Part shown: positions 11,271 to 25,625 of the stretch, one piece after another | Layout: every line of letters begins with the position of its first letter | How positions within the stretch are numbered: the stretch's first letter is position 1 | Assembly: GCA_020536535.1 (NCBI GenBank) | Contig: JAHLWZ010000889.1 | Location: forward strand, 1-58,392 | Direction of reading: 5' to 3' | Source of the DNA: Pelomyxa schiedti | Taxonomy: Eukaryota > Protista > Evosea | DNA length: 58,392 nucleotides | Translations under genes and position numbers: made by a program | Notes under the pieces: generated by a model | The model's database searches: none | What the model was told of the DNA's origin: nothing | Seen by the model: only the letters and a program-made list of their open reading frames with translations

Positions 11271-14200
11271 ATGGCCGATGATGACGAGATCAGTGATGAA
11301 GCGCACGGCACGGGAACAGACGTTCATACAGCAGGAGATACCACCGCACACGCAGAGACGCCCGTTGTGGGTGAGGGCTCAGTGGTACCGAGCACGTCAG
11401 CGTCGACCAGTGACCGCGACCAGGATCAAGACGGCGATGGCGAGAACGTGTGCCGTGTTTGTCGTGGAGAGGGGACGCCCGACGATCCGCTGCGGCACCC
11501 GTGCAAGTGCAGCGGCTCCATCAAATGGGTACACGAGGTAGCCACTCTCGTTCTTTCTGGTTCTCTCTCTCTATCTCTCTCGTCGTGGCCGTTTATTGTG
11601 GTTATCTGTGTTTTACAACTTGTGCTGCTTTGGCCACTGGCTCACTGGCTCACTGGCTCCCAGGGTTGCTTGATGCAATGGTTGCAGAGAACTGGACAAC
11701 CCACTTGTGAAGTCTGTGGTCATTCCTTTAGGTGAGTGGATCCTCGAGAGGCGTGACGCTCCCCCCCCCTCCTTTCTCTCAGAGCTGAGATATCTCAAAT
11801 TAGATTCCATTTTGTCTATGCTCCAGGAACCCCTGCAGTTCTCCCAATGACTGTACTTGTTTATGGTCTGATTACTCGTGTTATCCAGTCTTTGAAGTAT
11901 TTCAGTGTACCCTTAGTTTCTTTTGAGAGAAGCAACCAAATACCAGGAAAGCCTGGAAACTCTTCTTAGTATCTTTCTGCTGGGGATTTATCCTTCCAGT
12001 TTACACTTCCTGGGTTTTTTTGCTCTACTTTGGTGACAGCACAGAAACTGCTTCGGCCACAATGTCTAGTAATGAGACTTCGAACAACACTTCCAGTACT
12101 GTCTCCACTATGTTGTCTGGCAGCGTGCGCTCACTTGGACTCCGTGTAGTTGGACGCCCTATTGCAATGACTGTAGCAGCCCTTGCTGCACGAATGGCAC
12201 TTGGCTACTGTTTAGTATGTGCAGTCATCGTTTGCAGCCTTTGTGCTTTTTCTTTGATGGATTACATCAAAACCCACATTCAGCACAGCCCTAAAGCACA
12301 AGCAACCTACAGACGTTTGTTTCAACCACAACCACAACCACAATCACACCAACTACAAGACAGGCCCCAAGAGGCATACCCACAAGCCCCAGTAGGAGAA
12401 CAAAATACCGAATTGCACGACCAGCTCAATTATGATGGCTTAATGGCAGAACAATTACCCAATGGAGAGCTGGGAGGTAACCTGTTGGACACAGAGGAAG
12501 TTCATGATCTTGGTGGAAACCTTCCTCCTGGTATTCCCCCTGCAGACAATACTGAAGCAGAAGAGGCTGTTGCCAACGTGCAAGAACAAGATTTTGTTGA
12601 AGCAGAATTGGAAAACGATATTCCTATTCCTCCCAATCACGAAGGCCCAGCTGATAACGGCCATGCGAATGCTGTTGAAGTACGTTTGTCCTTTCATTTG
12701 AAACCTATATAACTTCCTTCAGGCTCAGCCTGCTTTGGATTTTGAAGAACTGGCGAGTTGTCTTTTTACCATCTCTCCCTCTAATTGTTTCAGGATTTAA
12801 ATGCACTTCTTGGAATAAGAGGGTCTATTCTAGCCCTATTCGGGAAATGCATTGCGTTGGTACTTTCCTTTCAGGATCTTCTTGATGTAACATCCTTGGT
12901 TCAGGGTGTTTACAATACAGTTTTCATATTTACTTTTGCCATGATGCCACACAAACTTGGATCGCTTTTTTGGTTTGTGATCGGCTCGCTTCGGGGCTCA
13001 ACCTATTCCCTTCCACAAGTCTTTGCCGTGCCCCTGGGATTGTCTTCCCTCATGATTGTTGACATAATGGGTTTCCGAGCACTTCTTTTTTTTATCAAAA
13101 AGAATGTGCCTCTCTCCCCAGGAGGAAAAATGGAGTCTGCCACCAAGGTTATTATTATAAGTCTTCAACTTAATACTTTTTCTCTGTTAACAATTTAAAA
13201 GACTATCGCTTTGCTTTACATTTTCTGCAAAGTTTGCCTTCTGATGACTTATCAGCTCGGGTATCTTTTTCTTTAAATTGATGTACTTCTCATTTTTTTC
13301 AATTTCAGGCTTTTCCCATTAATGCTTGGCTTTTCTTTGCAGTTAAGTGCCATGGGTATTACGGGCCTATCTACCTCCTCCTTAATTTGGTTCATTGGAA
13401 ATTTTCCCTCGTCTGCTTTATTCTGGCAAGCACGACACTAAAAAAATTCCTACTTACATCCCACAGTCATTGGGTAATTGGGTTTGGCATCTCAATATCA
13501 CTGGCTTCAGTTATCTCTTGGACTCGCCTTAAGGTTAGATCGTACCTTTAATTGTTAATTTAATAATTTCCCAAGTTACGTAAAGAACGACTTTGGTTCT
13601 TTCATGACCCATCTGAACCAGATTTCCATCCAATAAAAATTATGGTAAGAAAGGCAAAGAAAGACACTAAAATCTCAAAGATGGCATCCAGATTGAAACC
13701 CCTTGCCGTTATTTATTAAGAAAAGCGCTCTTATCCTCACTATTCTATATGTGTTTTGTCAGCGCTTGTACTTATTTGCCGTCGAAAATTTTGGAGTTGT
13801 TGCCGTTTCCATCTACCTTCCCTCTTGTTTTCAAGTATGCTACTTGCTGCACAATTTGTGCTGGTAAACATTTCTTTTAGATTCAACAGTCCCCTGGCTG
13901 AGGGTCCTCTTCAACTTGTAACTTTGCACTTCCTCATCCCAATTTGCCTCGAGTATTTAAAGCCCTCTCTACTGGCAAAGGACTTCACTCTTTGGTGGCT
14001 GTTGCATGTTTGTTACGCTCTTGGACCCCAATTTTATAATTGGATGATCAAACCACCTGAAACAGCCACATTCCTCCGAATACAACATGCTGTGGACCAA
14101 CAAGTGGCACAACATGAGACTCGGACTTCAACTGTTCCTTATGATCAACCTGACCGCCCAAGTCATTTACGGGCACAACTGTCTTGTTTTCTACTTTCTA

Positions 14201-15112
14201 TCTTTCTCTCAGTTATGGTACTTGAGTTCCTCATTATTTTTATTTCTCTCTTCGTGGGACGTCTGATGGTATCTCTGCTGAATGTCTCTGTAAGCAATGA
14301 TTTGTATGCTCTTCTTCCATTTTCTTTTTACTGATAAATTCTAGGTATTGTATCGTCCTAGGAGCTCTATCTTGCCTTGGCGTGGTACAATTTTCGAAGT
14401 TTGTGTACCGATTTGTGGCACAACATCCGGTCCCCACTATTGTCAGCCTTGCTGTACACTGGTTGCTAGTTTCCCTTCGGTTATTTCTCTGTGGAGTATG
14501 ATACATCAAGTGCAATACAATTCTAATAACCCTTAGAGTATCATATTATCTGTCTTTCCACTTGCATCTGGGATACTATCTGAACGCTTGCTTATTATTC
14601 CTCTTTCCGTTTCACTGGATCAATGTGCCCAACACTTTTATGGGCAAGCCTGGGCACTTGGTGTTGTAACACTAAAGGTAACAACAATCCAAATCGCGAT
14701 ACCTAACAACAAACAATGACAGTTGTGGTACTTTGTCGAGGTTACAATTAACCCAAACGTTCAACGGCAGTTCAACACTATGTGGCAGCGCGGCATTCCA
14801 AACATTCAAATGAAAGAACTGGCAGTCTTACTCACACCTTGTTTGATACACTTGATGATTCCACTCGCAGTTCCTGAGCTATTCATTTTTGGAATGAAGT
14901 ATATTCTGCCACCAGTAGAAGACAGTTTTGCCTCCATGATAATAGAGAGATACTCCCACACAACATTTGTGGTGGCAATGGTGGCCTCTGTCTGGTGCAG
15001 GCGCATTGTTAAACGACTATGGGCACTTCACCAGTCAATACGTGATGACACGTACCTAGTAGGAAGACATCTTGTGGATAACACACCCGATGTTGCTCCC
15101 GAACAACATTAG
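11271..15112 (+). CDS. MARCH6: MARCH6/Doa10/SUD1-type RING-CH E3 ubiquitin ligase, multi-pass membrane protein
   Basis: [36 protein letters not shown]...[14 protein letters not shown], many TM segments, [14 protein letters not shown] and C-terminal [14 protein letters not shown] element. Confidence 0.92.
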
Positions 15113-15244
15113 CAAACAACAAACCACTACAATCATAGACTAACGTGAAAGACAAATGTAATTAGTTGACACTTTTTCTCGTTTAGCTGCAAAACGTTCG
15201 AGCCATACGACATTTCTCACAAAGTATCGTCGTAGTAACAAGGA

Positions 15245-17736
15245 ATGACAAAAAAGACAAATTTCTATTGCCAAATTTCAAACTTGAAAAAAAGGAGAAG
15301 TGCCTGGGAGGTGATGCCGAGGCTAAAAAGGTTTGTGTCGCAGTTCCGGGTGACTAACTTTTGTTGTCGATAACTCCTATTATTGTACTGCTAGTGTTAT
15401 CGATACACATATTATTTTTATACTGTTTATTAACTTACCAACACAACTGTCTTGATGCTACTGGGGAAGACGCTGCCACTTTTTTTAAATTTTTTTTATT
15501 GGGAGCATGTCGTTCTCATATTACTCCCTAGGATCGAAGTTGATGGGTTCTTTATTCTGTGTTCGAAAACAGCACACGCTTTGGGGTATACTGCTCCACC
15601 TTCTGATGCTGGGGAAGACATCGAGGAAGAGGAGAATGACGAATTGAGTGACGGTAATAAGGAGGGAACCCAGTCTGGGCACAAGCGGTTACGAAAGACC
15701 TCCACCCTCGCTCCAAACGGGAGGAAACACAAAGACAGAAGAAGAGACCTTGAGGATGAAGACGAAGAGGAGGAGGAAGACTCGGGAGAAGAAACTCTTG
15801 CTGGTGACTTCTCGGGTATTAAGAAACGGAGGATATCTGACGGAGAGGCAGCTTCCACGGACAGCACCTCTACACAGCCTGCACTCAAAGACTTTGCGAC
15901 TTTCAGTCAGACAGCATACACTGTACGAACCAGCAACGAGCAAAGCAAAGGCCATGACGCGTTCCTTAGATTCATGGAAAAGGTGAAGCCAATTGAACCC
16001 CGTTTCGATCTCCATGTAGCTACTAGTGGGGCTTCTGCTTTGACTACCGAAAAAGGTGGAGAAGGCCGTGAGACGAATAAAAGTATCCCTGAAGGAAATA
16101 GTGTCAAAGTCAATAATCCACCCGTGATGTATGAAAAGCCTTTGGACCAAGCAGGAACTAACAGTAAGGGCAGTGATAGAGTAGAGGCTTCCAAAGATGA
16201 TAAAAGTGGGAAAAAGGACCCCTGGGATTCATCAGCCAGTCGTCCAACGTGGGGGACAAGTGAAGGTGACGGAAAAGGAAGTGGTTTCCATTGGAATCAA
16301 AACAGTGGTACTGGTGACCACAGTGTAACCAATAAAAATCAACACTCGTGGGCAGAGAGTGGCTATGGGGCTGCAAAGGCAGTAACCACACCCAACAAAA
16401 CCCATGCACCATGGGCTACCAGTGGAACAACCACTGAGTCTAACCCATGGACTTCTCCAAGCATCGGAAACAAACAACATGCAACACTAGTTAATAGCTA
16501 TTCGCAACATGCTCTGAGTCCAAATGGAAGAGGTAAAGTTAGTACACCATTGCTTCCTCTACCCACACCTCCAGTGCCATTTATTCCCATGGGAGTAATG
16601 CGTACACCCACACCTATTCCCCAACCATCTCCTCTATTGTACGGAAATAATGCACCAATCATGACACCACCAGTGCAGTTACTCACCCCCCCACCAGTGC
16701 AAGTACTCCCTCCATCTCCCGCAGTGGATAAACTACATCCAAGTCACATTACACACCACACGCCACAACCCTCATCTCAGCACCACCGAGACAGAGAACA
16801 CCATTCACATGGATCTTCAAATATTTCTTCGAGAAAAGATGGTCCCAAGAGCAGTACCGAGTATGATCTCTTTATCCTTTATTTGTGTTCTGACTCAAAC
16901 AAAACCAACAGAAAAAATCATACAAAACCCGCAAAGGTAATGATTGAACTTCATTAAACAGAAAGTTCAATTTTTTTCTTACAATATCACAGAACCCCGA
17001 GAGAGTGGTCTTCAAAGCTGCTATAGCAGAGCTTGTAAAAAGGCATCTGAAGCCTCTTTTAAAAAGTGACACGATAAACCCCATGGTAATTTACAAACTT
17101 CTAAGACTTACTCTTCTAATGCTCTCACAGGATTTCAAGCATCAGGCTCGCCAAATGACTAAGAAAATAGTATCTCGCCACCAAAGCTCATACAAGCTGG
17201 ATGAACAGATGAAAGGGCACATCGTCAAGTGGATAGAGTTATACATATGCAAAAAAAACAAGCTCGTACCGAAGCACAGATCCTCCACATCCTCCACCCA
17301 TACCTCAACGCCAGGCACACAAAACACCACTTCCACCACAACCTCTAACCTGGATACCCAGAATTCCACCTCACCCAACGCAGCAGAATCATCATCATCA
17401 CACACCCACTCTCCACACCAATACTACACTCCCTCGGAAAACACACAATCCCTCGCCAACCAAACAGCACAATCATCCCTCGAAACACCCCCATTGTACT
17501 CATCATCCCCGCCACCAACGCCACCTACCCTAAATGCGGATCCTTCACCACTATCAACCACGACAAACTCTACCTCTATCTCAACAACAAGCGGTTCAGT
17601 TGCACTCAGTACCCATGACAACCAAGAGGGTAGTGACAGACTCACTAGTGACCCTAAAAACACAACAAGTACAAGTACAAGCACAAGCACAGAGGCACTC
17701 ACAACCATTGCCAATAGCCCTGTGAGTGTTCACTGA
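15245..17736 (+). CDS. Low-complexity protein with an SRI (Set2-Rpb1-interacting)-like domain
   Basis: FKAAIAELVKRHLKPLLKSDTI..DFKHQARQMTKKIV..KGHIVKWIELYI resembles SRI domains; flanked by acidic, basic and P/S/T-rich tracts. Confidence 0.55.
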
Positions 17737-17810
17737 TGTACGCAGTGTCTAGGAGAGATGAGGGGAATTTTTTTGTTTTCATGAACTCTATTTTTAAAAC
17801 AAGCAGAGTT

Positions 17811-18544
17811 TTAAGCAAGGAATTCTTCCTCCACTTTTATCATTCGTGCACAAATAAACAACATGGAGCTAATAGGCCAGTGTTACTTTGGCATGAAAAA
17901 ATACAAGAGAGTTACCCTACGAAGATAAGGAGAGGAGAAAGAAGAACAGCAGTCCCGGCAAAACTCGAGTCGACACAGTCAAAGAGAACAACTGCCTGTG
18001 TTCCAGTTAATTTTTATTGTGTTGATCGGGACAGTAAACCGAAATAGAGATTGCAGAAACAATAGCCGCCACGTGCATGAAAAACCAAAATCCAAGCCAT
18101 AGCCGAGCAACGGCAATTCTTCGGCTGTCTTCCCACATATCAGGATTCACGTAGCTCAGATCGAGTAGATTCACCCTTTTGAAGTACAATGAACATGAAG
18201 GGATTATGAAGCACGAATAGCACGCAACGCAGCGGAAGTGAAAAACCAAACAAGTGAAAACACCAAGTATAGCGGAGCCAGTACATGACAAGAGATAGAG
18301 TTGCAATCACTGGTGGTATGTAACAATACCACGCCACATCCGGAGACCAGTCTCTGTAAGCTTGCAGTGCGTTCCCATCTATGAGAAGAAGCCAGCCACA
18401 TGCACACTTTGGTCCTCAAATTTGTCCGTTTGTAGGGAAAAGAACTCCACTGAGATTGAAAACAAAAAGACTGGAAGTGAAGCAGCGTACAGCAAATCCG
18501 GCGCAACAAACAACAACGTTTCGCACTGCCGGTTTGCCCTTCAT
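17811..18544 (-). CDS. Vps68/TMEM50 (UPF0220) family small membrane protein
   Basis: Spliced MKGKPAVRNVVVCCAGFA-CACGWLLLIDG...IPPVIATLSLVM-VNLLD...ARLWLGFWF matches the TMEM50 pattern (GWWIMID, STLAFFMIN, ARVWLF). Confidence 0.75.
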
Positions 18545-18770
18545 CTCGTAGCACCAACTTTGTATTTGTTTTCTGGTTAAAATCTAACTCGTAGACTGCC
18601 AAGTTCCGAGCTGCAGGGAACTAATGCCCTTTGATTAATTCTCTCTTTCTCTCTTTCCCTCTGTCAGATGTCAATCCGAGAAAGCAGAACAAGGTTGACA
18701 CTTGATTCGGTTCCATCAAAAACCAAAAGATCTTCGTTCATTTTTAAAAAAAAAGGGGTGGTGCTCAACC

Positions 18771-21700
18771 ATGCAGGGCATGCGACGGTTCCCGTTTTTT
18801 GACAAGGACTTGGTCACGACACCCATTTCCCCAACCGAGATCCCATTCTTCGAGGTCTTTTTCTTTGTTTTGGTTTTCCCTTTTCTTACGTCTCTTTGTT
18901 TGCTGGGTGGCCTTCTGTTCTGTCCTTTTCAATAGAAACTCAAACTCAAATGCGCTACAAGTGGCAGAGGTAGCATTATTCTGTCGGAGGAAGGTTCCGG
19001 CATTGTGAGTTTAGTCGATCAGTCTTTCCAGGCCGTGCAATTTCAGGTACTTATCCCCTCTACACTGTTGCAATTTTACCCTTATGTGAAGGCCTACGAT
19101 CAAGCCCTGGAGCACATGCAGCTGGCGTGCGACAGAAATATACTTGTTACAGTGGGGCGCGACTCCAACTCCGAATCCACAATTGTGAAGGTACCTCGGC
19201 GCCATTAAACCCTTCGTGCCTGATCCCTCTTGAGTTGTGGAACATGGGCACCAGAGACAGCAGTGGAGCACCAAACCTTGTTTCACAAATACAAGTGGAT
19301 GTAAAAGGCTCCTATAATATACCGGTATTTGCAACTGCACGCAATTAAAAACCTTAACAGTACTGGGTTCAGGTCAATTGTCTGGCAGTTACTCCTGATA
19401 TTTCGCACATTGCCCTCGGAATGGTAAATGGAATTGGTAATGCTCTCTCTTTCTGAACCGCAAATAATCGCATTAAATAAGTGATTTCCATTACTGGGGA
19501 CTTGATGCGAGACAAGGGGACAAAAGTGAAAAAAATTGCTGCTTATCAAAACTCCATTATTGGTCTTCAATTACTATTTGGGTGTTGGTCTCATTTATCT
19601 AGGTCTTTCGTTCAAGAGTCAACCCCCTGCCATGCATTTATTTGTTGCCACAATAGATGCTGTAGTTGTAGTCACTCTGCACGCAAATTCGGAACCTGCT
19701 GTAAGATACAATAAAGGGACTAGTTATTAACAGCATTTAGCAAGTTATTCTTGACCCTGAGTCAAGTGGGCAAACTCTTGCCCCTACTACTCCTCCTACC
19801 TGTGTCACAATGAGTGATGACAAGCAATTCGTTGTTGGGAAAGATGAGGTTAGACTAAACATATATGCTCGGTATCCAACTATCACCAGGCCATCTACTT
19901 CTATGATACAGAGGGCAAAGGAGGCTGTTCTGCTTTTGAAGGAAATAAAAAGTTGATGACGTGGTTTAGAGGCTACCTCATTGTTGTAGGTCCACAACCC
20001 ATACCCGAACACCAACGTGCATCTCCAATCGCTGCTGCCCCTAGAGCAGATATTTTGACTATTTATGATTTAAAGGTGTGAAATGCATTTCACGGGTAAA
20101 ACACTGACACAGAATCAACAAAAAAGAACAAATTCATTGCCTATCCTCCTGAAAATCAAACCACCAAAGACAATTGGGTCATATCACATGTGGTTTCCGA
20201 GTGGGGTAAGGTTTATGTTTTTACACAAGAAGGAAAGGTACTTATCTGCCCCTAGTTCCCTCATTTAACATGCGTAGGTGTACCGACTTGAAGAAAAAGA
20301 CATGCAGACAAAACTTGAATTACTGTTCAAGAAAAATCTGTTCAACATTGCCATTGATTTAGCATCAAGCCAGAAAGCTGACAACCAGTCCTCCATTGTA
20401 ACAGAGACATACAAAAAACACGGTGACCACCTTTACAGGTACTAGCATAAAAACAAAGTTGTAGTCTCATGTCCTTGCAGCAAAGGTGACTTTGATGGCG
20501 CAATTGACCAATATGTAAAAACAATTGGCACCCTTGAACCATCCTATGTTATAATGAAATTTCTGGATGCTCAGAGAATCAAGAATCTCACTAAATATTT
20601 ACAGGTTGCCTTCATTTTTTCCCTTACTTTGTCTCAATCATAACCAGCAACTGCACAAAGAGGGCCGTGCCAATGCCGACCACACCACGCTGTTACTGAA
20701 TTGCTATACTAAACTAAAAAAGGAGAGTAAACTCAGCAAATTTTTGCAAGTACAAGAACTTTGATGAAACCTTTTCTTCATCTCAATTACGGATAGAACG
20801 ACTCCTCAGAAGCAATTTTTGATATAGAGACTGCAATTAAAGTCTGCAGGCAAGCAGGTTACTTCGATAACGCACTCTTCTTGGCCAAGAAGAAGAAGCA
20901 ACACGAATGGTACCTGAAGATCCTTATCGAGGATAAGGCAGACTATGATTTGGCTTTAGACTACATTGAGTCCCTTCCATTTGCGCAAGTACGATTCCCC
21001 TAATACCACTACCAATCTAAATGAAAACAAGGCGGAGAGCAACATGAAGAAGTACGGTAAGACACTTGTCACTGCTGTCCCAGAAAAAGCAACCAAGCTT
21101 ATCATGAATTTGTGTTTGAACTATACCCCCGTGGCACTTCCTACAGCTGCATCACCACCCACCTCACAAAGTACGTCAACAGCATCCATTTTCGCCGCTG
21201 CAGCCTCTACAACCTCGACCGCCGCCTCTGCTGCTTCGTCTCTGTTATCATCATTGAATCCCCTCACTCAACTTGACAAGGCCTCTGGCTCTATAAGTGC
21301 TGCGTTGGATTTGAGTGGGCTACCACCAATTGTGATAGGTCCACTTGTAACGAATAACACGGCCAGCACTACACCAACGGCACCAGGAACAAGTGTTCCT
21401 GCAGCACCAGCTTTATCTTCTTCCATTTCTGTTGCGACCAAAGTAGAAGCAATACCAAAACGCGTTGAAAGGGTATGTTGGTTATGTAACAAAGTACAGC
21501 TATTCACACCTCCCAGGCTAACCCAGAAGAATTCATCCATTTGTTTGTTGATCGACCTGGATCCCTCATTGCATTCCTCGAATTTATCACTGCACGTTGC
21601 CCTTCTGATAGCTCTCTCATGTACGATACACTCCTGGAACTATACCTGCGTGAACTGGTGTGATCCTCATGGGTTTTTTTCCATCGTCTCATTCCTTTTT

Positions 21701-23154
21701 AGAGTGAGAGTGTATCTGTTCCCAGCCCAGAGAACACTGGAACAACAGCCACAACAAGTACGACCACCACAGTTAATCTCCCGGAAATTCCCACAATGGA
21801 AACGTCCTCCGCTAGTTTGACGGCAGTAATCTTGTGTCCTTTTACTTCTCTTCGTCACAGTAACATAGGATGAAAAATCGAGAAGGGCCTTCAACTTATT
21901 AACAGATCCCTCTGTAATAATTTGAAGATCTGTGTTTGGACTTAAATCCTATTAGGCCCACTATGACCCAGACCATGCACTGGTACTATGCCAAACATAT
22001 GGGTTCAAGCAAGGTGTTCTCTATTTATTAGAGAAACTTCAACTGTACGCGGCAGTAATCTTATCTTGGCACTGACGTTTCCCAGATACCATGAAATCAT
22101 TCAGTATTACATGGAAAACGAGGACTATGAACCTCTCATTAAAGCGTGTGCCAAATATGGGTATTTGTTACTATCATGTATCTACAACCTAACCAGCAAC
22201 AAGAGAGAAGGACTCTAATTTGTGGATTGAAGTACTTTCATTCCTTTCTTCCCGTCCGAACTGTCAGCAATATGTTGAAGAAGTCTTATCAAGTCACAAA
22301 TTTCCTTTTTTTTTTTTTTTTGACATGTTTCTAGTGATCGATCAACCAAGTACCACTGAGTATGAGCAGTCACATGCACGTGATGACCAACTTCCTCCCC
22401 GTAGTCTTGTTCCACCCCTAATGGTTATACAAATTCTTGCTCAAAAGCCCACAACAACTCTGGGTGTTGTTAAAGACTATATATCACGTATACTCAACCA
22501 AGAGAACAAAATTTTGCAAGCAGTGAGTTACTAATTTGGATTTTACCTCAGCTGTTCCTAATGGTTGTAGGACTTAGTACGAATACGAACTCTCAAAGAA
22601 GAAACTGAAAAGATGCAGACCGAAATTGAAGAATTGCGAACAGCGTACACTAATTTCATTTTCTTATTTCATTTGTAATTGCACTCCAAGTCCTCGAATA
22701 TTCCAGCTCAGTAAATGTTCTTCATGTCAAAACCCCTTGGAACTTCCTGCAGTACACTTTTTGTGCATGCATTCCTTCCATCAAGTAGAAGCGGATAATC
22801 TAGCATTTGGATAAACTCTTAAACCTTCACAGCGTTGCCTATCCGATGAACAAGGCTGCCCCGTTTGCACGCCAACGAACCGAGAAATTGTCAATCGCCA
22901 CAAAGCATTACTTAAAGATGCACACGACCACAAAACTTTCTTCTGGCAGGCAAGAATCCCTTCCCCTAATCTCTTCCCTAATACACAAACCCTAGCTGGA
23001 CCAAACACCGGATGGCTTCACTACTGTTTCCGATTATTTCGGCCGAGGTATATTCCAAGTCCTACAGGAACCGGGCTCGTCTACCGGCGCAAGTGCTGCT
23101 GCGTCGCAAACAACATCAACAACAGCCAGCCGCACAAGGGCCGGCAGAGTATGA
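18771..23154 (+). CDS. VPS11: Vacuolar protein sorting 11 (HOPS/CORVET core)
   Basis: N-terminal MRRFPFFD; LEEKDMQTKLELLFKKNL; GDFDGAIDQYVKTIGTLEPSYVIMKFLDAQRI; DHTTLLLNCYTKLK; C-terminal RING IFQLSKCSSCQNPLELPAVHFLCMHSFHQ and DGFTTVSDYFGRG. Confidence 0.95.
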
Positions 23155-23277
23155 ACAACAGTGTGAAAAATTATTAGTGTTTTCTTTTCTATTTTTTCCT
23201 GGTGCAGTTGTTTTTCAGAAATTTAGCCAAAATCAAGATTGCTTTTATCTAAAAAAAAAACCAAGGTGCCAGGACAA

Positions 23278-24665
<1,388 letters not shown>

Positions 24666-24780
24666 TGGAAGAAGAATGGAATAATTCCAAATACCCTGAA
24701 AGAAGAATAAAACTTGTCACAGAGCATGGGTTTTCTTTTAATTATTCTCTAGTAGATATGGAGATTCTAGATTACCCCAT

Positions 24781-25572
24781 TCACCACCTGCCCACACCAC
24801 ATACTTGGCTGTAGGGATGCGTTTCGTACCAGTCCTCACACCCCCAGGAATCATAGTCCAAATGGGCCTCAGATAAAGCAATAGTATACTTAATTACATG
24901 TCCCCCCGTTGTAGAGGCAAAAATGTCGTAGGTCCAGCCCCAGGCAGTTGAGAAAGTGATGTGTTGAATGATGAAGGAGTCGTCAAATGGGCCACGAAAG
25001 AGTAAGCTGAGACCCCTCAGAATATGTGAACGAGAACCGGCTTCTCGACGGCAGAACTTGTCCACAGTGTCTGTTGCCACTACTGGAGGTACAGTTGCGG
25101 GAGGTCTCATGCATAAATGGAGCAGACAGCCACTAGCACGAGTCAGTTCATTAGAAAAAAGCAAAGAAGATGTAACAATAATCTGAAAGTGCACATTAAA
25201 CCATGAAATAACTCGGCACCTTGTACCAACAAAAGAATGAACTCAAGGTGGAACAGAAAACAGTACAAGTCTTCCACTTTTACGACAACAACAAGGCCGC
25301 TTTAGATTAACAGAAATATGACAGCGCCGAAACCTCCTAGCACCCTTGAAGACCTCGGCACAACGGAATCCCACGTAACAGCCGTCCTTAGATTGACCAA
25401 TTGACCTCCACCACTGGTCGAATTGACCCTGGCCCAGCCGGAAATGGTCCCTCCACGTACGATTCACCCCCCGGCACCGCCATGCATTAACTAGGGGAAG
25501 CCGCGCCATTACCATCTGCACAATTGTGGGATCCCCCTGCATCGTAGCCACGGTCTCAACAAAGTCTTTCAC
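24781..25572 (-). CDS. F-box-like protein (two or more exons)
   Basis: DPTIVQMVMARLPLVNAWRCRGVNRTWRD fits the F-box consensus; the C-terminal region is unrecognised. First in-frame ATG is at 25542. Confidence 0.5.
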
Positions 25573-25625
25573 TTCAGAGAAATCTTTTTTTTCATATTAT
25601 TATGAGAGTTTTATGCTTTTGATCG